Origin: Eledone cirrhosa
Taxonomy: Eukaryota
Direction: 5' to 3'
Length of the DNA stretch: 64,000 nucleotides
Assembly: GCA_964016885.1 (NCBI GenBank)
Contig: OZ024759.1
Location: 3,968,001-4,032,000 of the forward strand
The translations under genes and the position numbers were made by a program. This document shows positions 23,480 through 36,613 of this stretch, piece after piece. Under the pieces are notes generated by a model. That model did no database searches, was not told where the DNA came from, and was given only the letters and a program-made list of their open reading frames with translations. Position 1 is the first letter of the stretch, and the number at the start of each line of letters is the position of its first letter.

Positions 23480-25757
23480 ATATAACGGAGGAAATGTGGT
23501 AAGGAACCAGGTGGACCATAACGCACCAAAGTACTCAATACTTAGGGTAGTAGAGTGGGTAATAGGAACGAGTAGGACCCCGACGGCTGAGCTCAAGCCG
23601 TTTCGACGGCTAATTCTGGACTAAATGAACATTTTTATCCTGGTATTTGAATAGCCGAGCTTCTAAAGGGGTAATTCCATATATGGTAAAAGTGATTGTC
23701 ACGAGGATTGGTCAAAAGTTTGTTGTTGAGACATAATAATTCTATGATGGCAATTTGTGGAGGGAAGGGGTAGCTGAACCTGCCAGTAGGAGAAAGAGGG
23801 AGAGGAGGTGGAGGAGACCCAGTCATGCGTTGATAGTGCCGACTACAGCTGGGCATGAGGTCAAAGAGGATACTAGGGAGGGGGAGGGGGAGGAAGTCGA
23901 AACAATTAGTAAAACAATTAGTAAAACAATATGGGGTAAATATATAGAAAAATACCGAGAGTGTTAAAAAGCAATTAAATGTAAAAAAGAAAAAAAATAA
24001 ACAAATCGACCTAAGTCTCTCACTGGTACTGCTAGGCTAAAGAAAGGTTTACTAGGTGGGACGGAATTATAATGAGACCCTTTTAAGAGGTATAAGTAAT
24101 AAACCAAGTATATCTTACGGTGACGGGTCAACAAGTGAGGGGCCAAAATACTAAAGAAACTACCACGAAATAATAAATAAAGGTTTCTACCCCAGGCACA
24201 AGGCCAGCAACCACCCAGTGCAAAAAGTAAACTAATACGAAATAATAATTCAGAGTTCCGAAAAAGAATACTAATACTATCTCTAAGGGTGCCGCCACGA
24301 TACAAAAGTTCTAGTGCAAACTACATAAAAGCTCGTACGAAGTATATGTAAAATTTGATACGGAAAATTAGTTCAGAATCCCCCCCCCCCCCAAAAAAAA
24401 ATACTGATATATGAGAAATTAAAGCAAAGATACCACTAAGAAATATAGAAAGCACGGAAAAGGGGCAGCGGTCGGATAAGGAGGCAAGTATCCGGGGTCT
24501 AACACATCTGCTATAAAAAGCGGAGTCAGCCAAATCTATCATAGAATAGGGGAAGGGGGTGGGGGTACTGAAGCTACAAAGGACCGAGAGGCTGCCTCGG
24601 GTGGGCGAGAAAATGAAAAGGACGACGACAAAGAAAGAGGACTGGGGTGGAAGGACTAGGGAGGGATGGGGGGAAGAAGGAAATATAGAGGAAGCGATAA
24701 AAAGATATAAAAGATCTTACGTCTACCGTACCTTTGCAAGCAGGGGTTACCCATTACAAAATCGGCAAGTGGGGTGTTATAGCCCTAGTCTCCCCTCCCC
24801 GGGTCATTATGGGGTTTGAGGGCGAGGTAAGTCCTACGCAATCTATGTTTACATGCAGTAACCAGTCCATCTTTCATTTGTAAAGTTTCCTCCGAGCATA
24901 AATTGCACGGACGGCGTCCTCCCGTGTAAGAGTTGGCTCTGGACAGTAAGCTCCAAGTGAGATCATAGGTAATGTTGTTATCCTTGAGGTCCCATATGTG
25001 GCCCGAAAGTGTAGTGGCGTGACGCCGGGCCGGGTTTCGGAAGGTATTCCTGTGTTGGTATAGCCGGGTCTTGAAGTCACATGCGGTTAATCCTATATAA
25101 GCTTTGTTGGAGGTGTCCGTCCTCACGTTGCACTGGTAGATCACATTACGATCTCTGCATCTGTTGTCGAGGGGGAAAATGGATCCATCAGGACAGTTGC
25201 ACCTCCTGGTCGGCTCTCCACTGCTATTTAGGTTATTTCTTCCATAGGGGTTGAGTTTTTTGTTGTTAGAGGAGACGATATTTTGTGCAAAGTTTGGTGT
25301 GGTGCTGTAAGAGAGTTTGATGGTATTTTTGTTAATTACGTTGTGGTAGCGGTGTTGTAGTGGGAAGTGTTTTTCAATGAGCCTAAAGAAGATTTTCCCG
25401 ATAGGAGTTGTCACCTCGGCGTTGTGGGGAGGATTGAACTGGTTACTGCATGTAAACACAGATTGCGTAGGACTTACCTCGCCCTAAAACCCCATAATGA
25501 CCCGTGGGGTAGACTAGGGCTATAACACCCCACTTGCCGATTTTGTAATGGGTAACCCCTGCTTGCAAAGGTAGACGTAAGATCTTTTATATCTTTTTAT
25601 CGCTTCCTCTATATTTCCTTCTTCTCCCCATCCCTCCCTAGTCCTTCCACCCCAGTCCTCTTTCTTTGTCGTCGTCCTTTTCATTTTCTCGCCCACCCGA
25701 GGCAGCCCCTCGGTCCTTTGTAGCTTCAGTAGCCCCACCCCCTTCCCCTATTCTATA
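23480..25757 (-). mobile_element. 5'-truncated Penelope-like element (GIY-YIG endonuclease) with pLTR and inverted 5' segment
   Basis: ORF 24785-25459: CNC...PL...C...NVIYQC...AYIGLT...FKTRLYQH...TTLSGHIW...CNLCSEE; 24541-24860 is repeated inverted at 25443-25757. Confidence 0.9.
23577..23672 (-). ncRNA. Degenerate hammerhead ribozyme in the Penelope pLTR
   Basis: ACCCC-(TTTAGAA, mutated core)-gctcggctatt...attagccgtc-GAAA-CGGCTTGAGCTCAGCC-GTC-GGGGT; homologue at 29469-29564. Confidence 0.5.
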
Positions 25758-25940
25758 TATATATATATATGTGTGGAAAAAATGAAACAAAATTTCATTT
25801 CTCACTCTTAGTGCGGCTGTTACTTAAATATAAAGTATGTATACATACATATATGTATACAGACGTACAGTAGTATGTATATATATACATGCACACATAT
25901 ATATATGTACGTATGGCACTCAATGACAATGTCACAGATT

Positions 25941-28900
25941 AAGACAAATTCACCTCCTGCTGCAAGACGAGAATACAAGGATCCCTCTTTATTTCAGACA
26001 CAGATGACCAACAAAATCCCGTCTCCCACACCCCTCCCTGCCCCTCCAACCCATCCATCCCACCCTCCCAACTTCAGAGTTGGTACCATGAACGTAGGCA
26101 CATTGAAAGGTCGCTCAAATGAGGTTGTAGAGATGATTGAACGTAAAGAAGTTGATGTTTGTTGTATTCAAGAGACTAGGTGGAGAGGGGGATCTGCCAG
26201 ATTCATCGTGGGTAAAAAACGATGCTATAAACTTTTCTGGGTGGGAAATGACAACGGACAGGGTAGTGTAGGAATTATGTTAGCTGAAAAATGGGTAGAT
26301 AAGGTAATGACGTAAATATAGTGAATGACAGAATAATTGAATTAAGACTAGTTCTAAATAGAATTACTGTGACAATAATATCCGCTTATGCACCCCAATC
26401 TGGTCTCCCTGATGTTATAAAGGACAGGTTCTATGAGATGCTAATGCACACTACCTCCCAAATAACCGACAGCGACTACTTAATTATTGCTAGCGATCTA
26501 AACAGTCACGTTGGACAACATAGTGATGGCTATGATGGAATTCATGGAGGCTATGGGGTTGGAAATAGAAATGAGAAGGGTTTCAGAATCCTGGAATTCT
26601 GTGATGCAAATAGCCTAACTATATGTAACACAAACTTCAAAAAACGTGAAAACCACTTGATCACCTATAGATCAGGGGAACACGCCAGCCAGATAGATTA
26701 TATCCTTACTAGAAGACGGGACAAAATGTCTGTTGTAAACTCTAAATCCCTCCCCCGTGAAGAATGCACCTCCCAACATCGCCTAGTAGTTAGTGACCTC
26801 ATAGTCAGGAATAGACGTACTCGACGACAGAGGAGGCCTACCTTGAGGAGAAGAATATGGAAGTTGAAGGACCCCATAGCCAGTGACAAATTTAAAAGCT
26901 TATTATTTGTTGCCTTTGACAATAAGGAAGAGCAATTAGAGATGTGCAATAGAGAGGAACAGTGGCAATTCTTGAAAGAGAACCTGCTGAAAGCAACAGA
27001 TGAAATCTGTGGCTGGAGCAGACCTATTGGCAGGAGGAGAGTAACTTGGTGGTGGAACAGTGAGGTGGAAGAGACAATCAAGGGCAAAAAGCAGGCTTGG
27101 AAAGAATGGCAGGATGGGGGGAAGTAGAGAGCACTATCAAGTGGCCAGGAGTGAAGCTAGGAGACAAGTGTACCTTGCAAAAAGGGTAGCAGAGGATAGA
27201 AAGTTCAAGCATGTTCCGCAACGTGAGGACCAAAAACGTGAGGTGTTCAGGATTGCTAGACAATGTCTCAAGGAAAACCGTGATATTGTCGGGGAGAAGT
27301 GTGTCTGTAATGATAATGGTGTACTTGCGCTCACTGATAAGCCTGGAAGTGTCACTACGAGAGACTATTAAATGAGGAGAATAAATGGGAGAAAGATAGT
27401 CTGCCCCAAATCGATCCAATGGTGCAAGGTAAAGGTAGTATAATAAGTAAGGCAATCAAAGATATGAAGACAGGCAAGGCAGCTGGGCCTTCGGAGGTAG
27501 TTGCTGAGATGTTGAAGGCATCTGGTATGGCGGGACACACTATGGTCACCTGTATAGTTAATCAAGTAATACAGAATGGGGTCATACCGAAAGACTGGCG
27601 TAGCAGCATCATCATTAACTGCTACAAGGGTAAAGGGGATGCTCTAGATAGGGGAAACTATAGAGGCATTAAGTTAGTTGACCAGGTCATGAAGGTCACA
27701 GAAAGAGTAATAGCGCAACTAATCAGAGAGCGAATTGATCTAGATGAAATGCAGTTTGGGTTTGTGTCAGGTAAAAGTACCACAGACGCTCTTTTCCTTG
27801 TACAACAACTACAAGAGAAGTACCTAGCTAAAAGTAAGCCCCTCTACTTTGCTTTTGTAGACTTGGAGAAAGCTTTTGACAGAGTCCCCCGCTCCATTAT
27901 CTGGTGGGCTCTTAGAAAACTAGATGTAGATGAATGGCTGGTGAGAGCTATACAAGCTATGTATAATGAAACAGTCAGTAAGGTTAGAATTAACAATGAA
28001 TATTGTGAAGAATTTAGTGTAAAAGTTGGCATTCATCAAGGCTCTGTCCTTAGCCCCCTCTTATTTATTATTGCCCTTCAGGCTATAACAGAGGAGTTCA
28101 AGACCAGCTGCCCATGGGAACTCCTATACGCAGATGATCTAACGCTCATAGTTGAATCAATGGCTGAACTAGAGAAGAAATTCGAAACATGGAAGCATGG
28201 CCTAGAATCAAAAGGCCTTAAAGTTAACTTGTCTAAGACTAAAGTTCTAGTTTGTAGAAAGGAAAATAGGGCACAGGTGCCCTCAAGGAAATGGCCATGC
28301 TCAGTGTGTAGGAAAGGAGTAGGCAGAAATTCCATTTTATGTCCCAAATGCAAAGTATGGGTACATAAAAGATGTAGTGGGATCACAGGTAAACTATCTA
28401 AGAACGTAGACTTTATATGTGGCCAATGCTCAGGTGCAATAAGTAGCAAGTGTCCAAAGGATACTAGCTCCTTCCATTGCCCAGATGGTTCTATAGAAAT
28501 AGCAGACACTTTCCGTTACCTGGGTGACGAAATCAACAGTGGTGGAGGGTGTTCTGAAAGTACAGTAGCCAGAGTCAGAACGGGATGGAAAAAGTTCAGA
28601 GCGCTTATACTGCTGTTGGCCACAAAAGGTTTCTCTCTAAAAATGAAAGGCAGATTGTATGATGCCTGTATACGAACAGCAATGTTACATGGCAGTGAGG
28701 CATGGGCATTACGTGCTGAGGACCTGTGTAGGCTGGAAAGGAACGAAGCATGCATGCTCCGTTGGATATGTAATAGTAATATACGTGAACGGCAAAGCAT
28801 ATATGAACTAAGTGAGAAATTAGGAATAAGAGGGATCAGATGCTGTTTACTTGAGAGAAGACTACATTGGTATGGCCATGTGATGCGCATGAAAGACGAC

Positions 28901-29448
28901 AGTTGTATAAAAAAGTGCAGGGCGATCAAAATTGATGGTAGTTACGGAGTAGGTAAACCCAGAAAAACCTGGGATGATCTGATAAATTCCGACCTTACAT
29001 ACTTACATCTCTCTAAGACAATGTCATTGGACCGAGATCTTTGGTGCTATGCAGTAATACAGAAGACCCGCCTTGCCTATGTACAAAGCGAAACCTACAG
29101 TCAGTAGGCACCTCTTAACCAAATATACACCCCAATCTACTACCCCTACTCTATCCTCCCACTCCCACCAACAGTATGAGAAAATGAGATCGAGTTCGTG
29201 TAGGTGTCACGGAAAAAAAAAAACACACAGTCCACGCTGTAATGTGGTCATGTAGGTAACACGGTAAAAAGTTCCCAGTTCCACACTGTAAATGTGGTTG
29301 GTGTTAGGAAGGGCATCCAGCCGTAGAAAACCTGCCAGATAGTTCTATATGAGTGAGACACGGTCACCCGACCAGCCTTGCCTCAACTCCCGTCTAACCC
29401 ATGCTAGCGTGGGAAATGGACGTTAAACGAAGATGATGATGATGATGA
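25941..29448 (+). mobile_element. Full-length RTE-clade LINE, frameshifted
   Basis: APE and RT motifs (ORFs 25875-26315, 26321-27127, 27419-29107 with LLYADDL); (GAT)n tail; same family as 50-3962. Confidence 0.95.
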
Positions 29449-29454
29449 TATATA

Positions 29455-29912
29455 TAGGAAAATGTATGACCCCGACAGTAGAGCTCAAGCCGTTTCGACG
29501 GCTATTTCTGGACTAAATTAGAATTTTTAGCCTGGTAAATAAATAGCCGAACTTTTCAAGGGGTACTTCCTTATATGGGAAGATTGTAGCTGTCAAGAGG
29601 ATTGGTCAAAAATTCCTGGTAAACACAATTAAGTCTATCATGGCAGTGGGTGGGAGGTGGGGATGGCTGAACTTGCCTGTAGAGCAATGAGGGAGTGGTG
29701 GAGCCGGTCAAGCGTTGAAAGTGAAATCTAAACAGCAAATTCTAAGGATTGTGTATGAAAGTAGGCCAACTTTCATACTTTCCACCATGGCGATTGAACT
29801 GCATACCCTGCTTTCCAGGTTACTCTTTGCCACTGATATATATATATTTATATATTGAGTACTCTGGTGCATTATGGTCCTTCTGGTTCCTTACCACACC
29901 TCCTTTGTTATA
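29455..29912 (-). mobile_element. Penelope pLTR remnant with a degenerate HHR (29469-29564) and an inverted end
   Basis: Similar to 23575-23840; 29853-29910 is the inverted copy of 23482-23540. Confidence 0.7.
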
Positions 29913-30323
29913 TATATATACAACGGCGGCAAAGATTGGAAACCGAATCTGAGCTTTCCCGCCTCTGGGACAAGCCGTGGTAAGTTGTTTACGCTCAAGA
30001 GACTAACCCCTTGGGAGAGGTTAAACACAGGTCAGAGGTGTTTACGCCTGACAGAAAAGGTCAGAGAATATATCCATCTTTCTGAGTTGTTTACGCTTGG
30101 CAAACTAATCCCTTGGGAGACTCTAACCAAAGTTCAGAGGATATATCTATCCTTCTAACTTCAACTCTTATAAATACAGGGGTTGTTTACGCCCCGACAG
30201 AAAAGAAGTGATATACAGACAAGACAAGTGGCCTTTACAAGCTCTCGTCACGAAATACACCAGTCCGTCACTAATTTCCTCTCCTGCCTGGCTGATCGAT
30301 ACAACCACATATTCCGTTACAAC

Positions 30324-30334
30324 TGGTGACCCCG
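30324..30334 (+). promoter_or_regulatory. Primer-binding site, complementary to the tRNA-Trp 3' end
   Basis: TGGTGACCCCG begins 2 nt after the LTR end CA. Confidence 0.75.
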
Positions 30335-30373
30335 TAAAACAGACACACAACTTCTGATCATCCACTACAAACG

Positions 30374-30505
30374 ATGTCTCTAGCACACGACAATTCATCT
30401 ACGGCAGAAATGGCAGTGAGGGCGGCATTTACATTAAGAATTCCACCATTCTGGGTGCACGATCTAACACTGTGGTTCGCGCACATCGAAGCGCAGTTCG
30501 CATAA
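30374..30505 (+). pseudogene. Truncated Gypsy gag N-terminus
   Basis: MSLAH...[23 protein letters not shown] resembles the PPFW...WF..EAQF Gag motif. Confidence 0.7.
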
Positions 30506-32889
30506 TAACACACGGCCCACCTGTCGCTGCACGACCTAGAAGGCTACCACCAGACCGGCTGAAGTCCGTCAAACAAGAATTTCAGCACATGCTGGATCTC
30601 GGCATCATACGTCCGTCCAGCAGCAACTGGTCCTCACCCATACACTGTGTACCCAAGAAGTCGTCGAACGACTGGCGAATCTGTGGCGACTACCGTGCAC
30701 TGAACAACTGCACCGTTCCTAACTCTTATCCAGTGCCTCATCTACAGGACTTCTCTAGCTCGCTGCACGGGGCTCGCATATTTTCGAAGATCGATCTTGT
30801 GCGAGCTTACAATCAGATACCCGTTGAGCCCGCAGATATTCCAAAGACCGCCGTCACAACACCCTTTGGAATGTTCGAATTTCTGCGTATGCCTTTCGGT
30901 TTGCGAAATGCAGCGCAGACATTCCAGCGATTCATCGATACAGTCACCAGGGGTCTACCTTTTGTATACGCATACATTGACGACTTACTGGTGGCCAGCA
31001 GCTCCGATGAAGCACATGAGAAACACCTGGATCTCCTATTCACACGTTTGCGTGAATATGGAATTGTTATCAACCCCAGCAAATGTGAGTTCGGAGTTGC
31101 GTCCCTTCATTTTCTGGGACACATCATTGACAAAGATGGTATTCGCCCACTTAAGGAGAAATTCAAATCCATCATTGATTTTCCACAACCTATATCTCTC
31201 CGCAAACTGCGAGAATTTCTTGGCCTGGTAAACTTCTACAGAAGATGTATACCCCACTGTGCAGAGACAGCCCAACCACTCACAGATTTGCTGCGGCAGC
31301 GTACAACCAAAAACGCAAACATCAAGCTCAGCGAAAAAGAATATACCGCTTTCGCTGAGTTGAAGAAAATGTTGTCCGAGGCTACAATGCTGAGTTACCC
31401 CAAACCTGACGCCCCAATGTGTTTATTGACTGATGCATCCGATTTCGGAGTTGGAGGTGTGCTTCAACAACTCTCTGGCGATATTTGGCGACCTGTATCT
31501 TTTTTCTCTAAGCAATTAAAACCCGCCGAAACTAAGTACAGCACATTTAGTCGTGAATTATTGGCAGCATACCTTGCTGTCAAGCATTTTCGACACATGC
31601 TAAAAGGTCGTGTGTTCTCTATATACACCGACCACAAACCACTAGTGTACGCGTTCAATGCCAAGCCTGACCGACACTCACCCAGGGAGGTCCGACATCT
31701 GGACTTCATTTCTCAGTACACTACTGATATTCGGTACATTAAGGGTGCCACCAACTCAGCAGCTTATGCCCTATCGCGCATGGAGCTTAACGCAATCCAC
31801 ACCACTGCCACTATCGACCACCAGAAGATTGCAGCGGATCAACAGAATGACGAGGAACTGCTGCAACTCCGGAAATCATCCTTGAAATTGAAGGAATGCC
31901 TGCTGCCCTCTTCTTCGGGTTATATTTGGTGTGACATCTCCACAGGCCGCGAGCGCCCATACGTGCCCCGGAAACATCGATGCGACGTTTTCTCGACACT
32001 GCATGCTCTGGTACATCCTGGCGTCCGCGCCACGCAGAAACTGATGGTTGCCCGCTTTGTGTGGCCCAACATCAACAAGGACACCCGCGAATGGGCTAGG
32101 AACTGCATCGCGTGCCAGAAGGCGAAAATTCACCGGCACATCAAAGCCCCGATCGCTTCTTTCGCAACACCTGATGCACGGTTCCAACATGTGCATATAG
32201 ACATAGTTGGACCTTTGCCTCCTTCTCAAAACTACACTCATCTTCTCACCTGTGTCGACCGATTTTCTCGCTGGCCAGAAGCTTTTCCCCTGACGGATAT
32301 TACTGCGGAAACTGTCGCCAAAACGTTAGTGTTTCACTGGGTTTCACGTTTCGGCACACCCGCGACCATCACTACGGATAGAGGACGTCAGTTCGATTCG
32401 AACCTATTTACCGAGCTGACTCGTCTCCTCGGGTGCAAACACATCCGTACAACAGCGTATCACCCTGCCGCTAACGGCATGGTAGAACGCTTACACCGCC
32501 AGCTAAAATCATCTATCAAGGCTTACGAAGACTCCACTAACTGGTTCGAATACCTCCCACTCATTCTTCTTGGTATTCGTTCCACTGTTAAAGAGGGAGT
32601 CGGACATTCTCCGGCTGAAATGGTGTATGGCACCGTACTCACTCTACCCGGACAAATGATCACTCCTGTTTCGCCACAAGAACTTCCAGACCCTACAAAA
32701 TATGTGCACCGTTTACGGTCATCAATGTCGCATCTGTCTCCTTCAGCCCCTAAACAGCACGTTACTTCACACATACCAAAAGACATCGATACATGGACGC
32801 ATGTTTTCGTTAGAAATGACGGTATTCCATCGCAACTTCGTCCGCCGTATTCCGTCCGGGCCCTACAAGGTGATACAGAAATGCCCTAA
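30501..32889 (+). CDS. Gypsy pol (RT, RNase H, integrase), uninterrupted
   Basis: [51 protein letters not shown] (HALVHPG...CIAC), DIVGP...TDRGRQF...GMVER. Confidence 0.93.
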
Positions 32890-34287
32890 GTATTTCGTCC
32901 TCGACTTGAACGGGAAGCGAAATACCGTCTCCATTGATCGTTTAAAAAAAGCATTCATAGAACAGGAATTGCCACCAGTACCCACCGTTTCTCCAGCAGA
33001 CTCACCAACAATTTTGCCCGACACAAACACGGAAAATTCTGCACACCAAATCCGGAAGAACAGTCCGATGGCCCACGCCATGGGATACGTACAAGTTTAT
33101 CGGGTAAGTACAAATTATGCATCTGGTCGACATTTTGGCTAATTTGTACATTTCAACGAATCGGCCAATTTCTGTGGTCATGAACTATTGCTACACACAA
33201 ATCAATTAACTCTGTGCATCACCCACATCAAAAGAACAGACAAAAGAACATTTTTCTGTTTCTATGAAATGAACAAACTTTTAATCAACAAACTTTTCGT
33301 ACGAACATTTTCAATATTATGTAACATCACAGTACATTTTCCTGAATGTAAATTTCTTTTGCTTTGCATGTTTTCTTCCATGTCTCCTGTTTGTAAATGA
33401 CTTTCATGTGTTTTTTTATTTTTACTGATTTTCTTCAACAACACACCTAGTCATACCTATCTTCATTTCACATGCACCTAGATCGTTCAATCTTAACTTG
33501 TTTACGCTCAAGAGACTAATCCCTTGGGAGAGGCTAAACGCAGGTCAGAGGTGTTTACGCCTAACAGAAAATAGGTCAGAGGATATATCCATCTTTATGA
33601 CTTGTTTACGCTTGTCAAACTAATCCCTTGGGAGACTAACCAAAGTTTAGAGGATATATCTATCCTTCTAAATCCTACTCTTATAAAGACAGGGATTGTT
33701 TACGCCAAAAACAGAAAAGAAGTGGGATACAGACAAGACAAGACGTTTTACAAGCTCTCGTCACGAAAAATCAGTCTATCACTTATTCTCACCTTCCTGG
33801 CTGATCGCTGACTCCTGCAATACAAATAAGTAAATATACTGATACGCCGCACACACGCATTCATAGTGAGTCCAGCATTTGTACACGGATCATTCATTTC
33901 TGTTTACACGTATTATAATCGTATTCTGTGATATTTGAATTTACGTGGCTCGAAGAGCCACCAAATTATTGTATGAATATTTTGTGTCAATTATTTTATC
34001 ATTCAATATTCAAATTGAATATTGTTGTAATAAAATAAACTTTGTAACAACACTCCTGGTATTTTTCTTTACACCGAAACCACCATACCACCAGTTACAT
34101 CCATCCATCCACTTGTCGTTACAACCACACATAATATTCCGTTACACCTCCGTCTATATTTCAACCACTGGAACAACCTCACACAAGAAACAGTTGTCGC
34201 ACCCTCAGTCAACATTTTAATGTCAAACATCGAAATAAATGTTATGAGTGTATATAGATAAATGTATATTGTGTGTGTATATATATA

Positions 34288-34650
34288 CAGTAATCCCCCG
34301 CTATATCGCGGTTCACTTTTCGCAGTCCCGTTACATCGCGGATATTTCTTTGGAACGTATCTAATTTCCTATCGCGGTAATCCTCGCCACATCGCGGATT
34401 ATTCGTTAGAACATATCTATTTTCTTCTCGCGGTACGTCTGAGTAAAAAGTGTTTAAAATTTAAACTTATTAAATAAGTTTCGATGATATTAAAGTGTAT
34501 ATCGTAAGGAAGGGACATCTTAAGGCTTTAATTATGAACAAATGTTTATATTTTCATTCCATTATTGTTTTACTGATTGTGTTTTGCTCTAATCTACTAC
34601 AAACCCTTCATAGATTGGTCTCTCTAACATGGTTGTTTCTGGAACGTATC
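34288..34650 (+). mobile_element. pogo/Tigger-like DNA transposon end
   Basis: TA|CAGTAATCCCCCGCTATATCGCGG terminus with repeated ATCGCGG motifs; no second TIR found. Confidence 0.5.
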
Positions 34651-34909
34651 ATGGCTTAGTGGTTAAAGCATTGGGCTTGCAATCTAAAGGTTGTGAGTTC
34701 GATTCTCGGACAGGGTGTTGTGTTGTGTCCTTGAGCAAGACACTTTATTTCACGTTACTCCAGTTTACTCAGCTGTAGAAATGAGTTGTGATGTCACTGG
34801 TGCCAAGCTATATAAGTCATAACCTTTCTCTTGGACATATATATAGTGTATATATACTGTATAATATATATAGTGTATATATACTGTACACAGTGTATAT
34901 ATATGTATA

Positions 34910-36440
34910 TCATCATCACTGTTTTACGTCGCTTCTTCCATGGTAGTATGGGTTAGACAGGTTGTCCTGTTGTGGGCAGTGCCAGGTAGGGTGACCTTGT
35001 CTTGCTCAGATGGGAACCGATTTTGGCTTGATTTCTACAGCTGGATGCCCTTCCTAACACCAACCTCACAGTGAATGATGGGTGCTTTTTTTTTGTGACA
35101 CCTCCACGGCCACTTTACAGTGAGAGGGCTGGGGCATATTGTCTATGTGCTTCAGCTTGTACCCAGGGGCTAAAACACAACCTCCTCTGCTGCACACAGC
35201 ATTTGATTCCTCTTATGTTCAGTCTCTCTCTCAATTTGTTAATGCTTTACGATTCGCGTATATTACTATTACACGTCCATCGGAGCATGCAAGCTTCGTT
35301 TCTTTCTAATCTACGCAAGTCTTCTACAGACAGTGCCCAGGTCTCACTACCATGTAGCATTGCTGTTCGTATGCACGCATCATACTGTCTGCCTTTCATT
35401 TTGAGGGAAAAGCCTTTCGCAGCTAGCAGTGGCAGTAGCTCCCTAAACTTCAATCCTGTTACTGTACTTTCAGAACACCCACCTCCGCTGCTCATTTCGC
35501 CACCTAGGTAGCAAAAGCTGTCTACTGTTTCTACAGATCTCTCCCAGAGTTTGGTGGTGCTTGTTTCTTTAGTTCTGCCATAGATTCAGCTATAAGTGCA
35601 AGATCATCCATATATAGGAGTTCCTATGGGCATCAGGTCTTAAACTCCTCTGTTATAGCCTGCAATACTATTATAAACAGAAGAAGGCTAAGAACAGAGC
35701 CCTGGTGGACACCGACCAGTATGCTATATTCCTCGCTATAGTAATTATTAACTCTAACTTTGCTGTCTGCTCCCCTATACATGGCTTGTACAGCTTTCAC
35801 AAGCCACTAATCTACTCTTAGTTTTCTAAGAGCCCACCAGATTATAGCACGGAGCACTCTGTTGAAGAACTTTTCCTTATCGACAAGAGCCAGGTAGAGC
35901 GGCTTGCTTTTAGCTAGGTACTTTACCTGTAACTGCCTCACAAGGAAGAGAGCATCAGTGGTGCTTTTTCCTGGCACAAGCCCAAACTGCATCTCACCTA
36001 GTTTTACCCACTCCCTGATCAACTGTGCTATGACTCTTTCGATTACTTTCATGACCTGGTCCATCAGCTTCATACCTCTATAGTTTATTCTATCTAGTGC
36101 ATCTACTTTACCCTTGTAGCAGTTGACGATGATGCTGCTGCACCAATCCTTTGGTATGACACCCTCTAGTATTACCTGGTTAACAATATGTGTGGTTATT
36201 ACTTTATCTACCCATTTGTCAGCTAATAGTATACCTACACCACCCATCCCATTGTCATTTCCCACCCAGAAAAATTTATAGCACTAACTTTTGCCTACAA
36301 GGACTCTAGCGAACTCTCCTCTCCACCTAGTCTCTTGCACACAGCATACGTCAATATCCTTTCACTCTAGCATGTCTATAATTTCTCCTTCCCTTCCTTT
36401 CATTGTGCTTATGTTGATGCTGCCGACTCAGAGTTTTGAA
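34910..36440 (-). mobile_element. RTE LINE copy with multiple internal deletions
   Basis: APE N-terminus (GVGILLADKWVDKV) joined directly to RT (IVNQVI...); further gaps near 35540 and 35180; (GAT)n tail at 34910. Confidence 0.85.
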
Positions 36441-36613
36441 CATTTGTGGGAAAAGGTGAATTTTTGCAGGGGAGTGTGTATGCTTCCTGTCTCTGAATTA
36501 AAGCTTTGCATGGGTGCTTGGTAACTCGCAGATTCATATTCATTTATTTATTCGGGGTTGTTCCATTTATCCTTCGCTCCTCCATACATAACGGTGAACA
36601 AGAATTCTTTGGT

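Larger units (their letters stand above)
29966..34146 (+). mobile_element. Ty3/Gypsy LTR retrotransposon with internal deletions
   Basis: LTR similarity between 29981-30321 and 33494-34146 (both end ATATTCCGTTACA); PBS TGGTGACCCCG at 30324-30334; candidate TSD CCTC at 29962-29965 and 34147-34150; RT-RH-IN order. Confidence 0.9.

Noticed and set aside
33990-34200. Cys/Gly/Trp-rich minus-strand reading resembling a decayed EGF exon
   Set aside because: Needs several frameshifts and lies mostly within the Gypsy 3' LTR, which ends at 34146.
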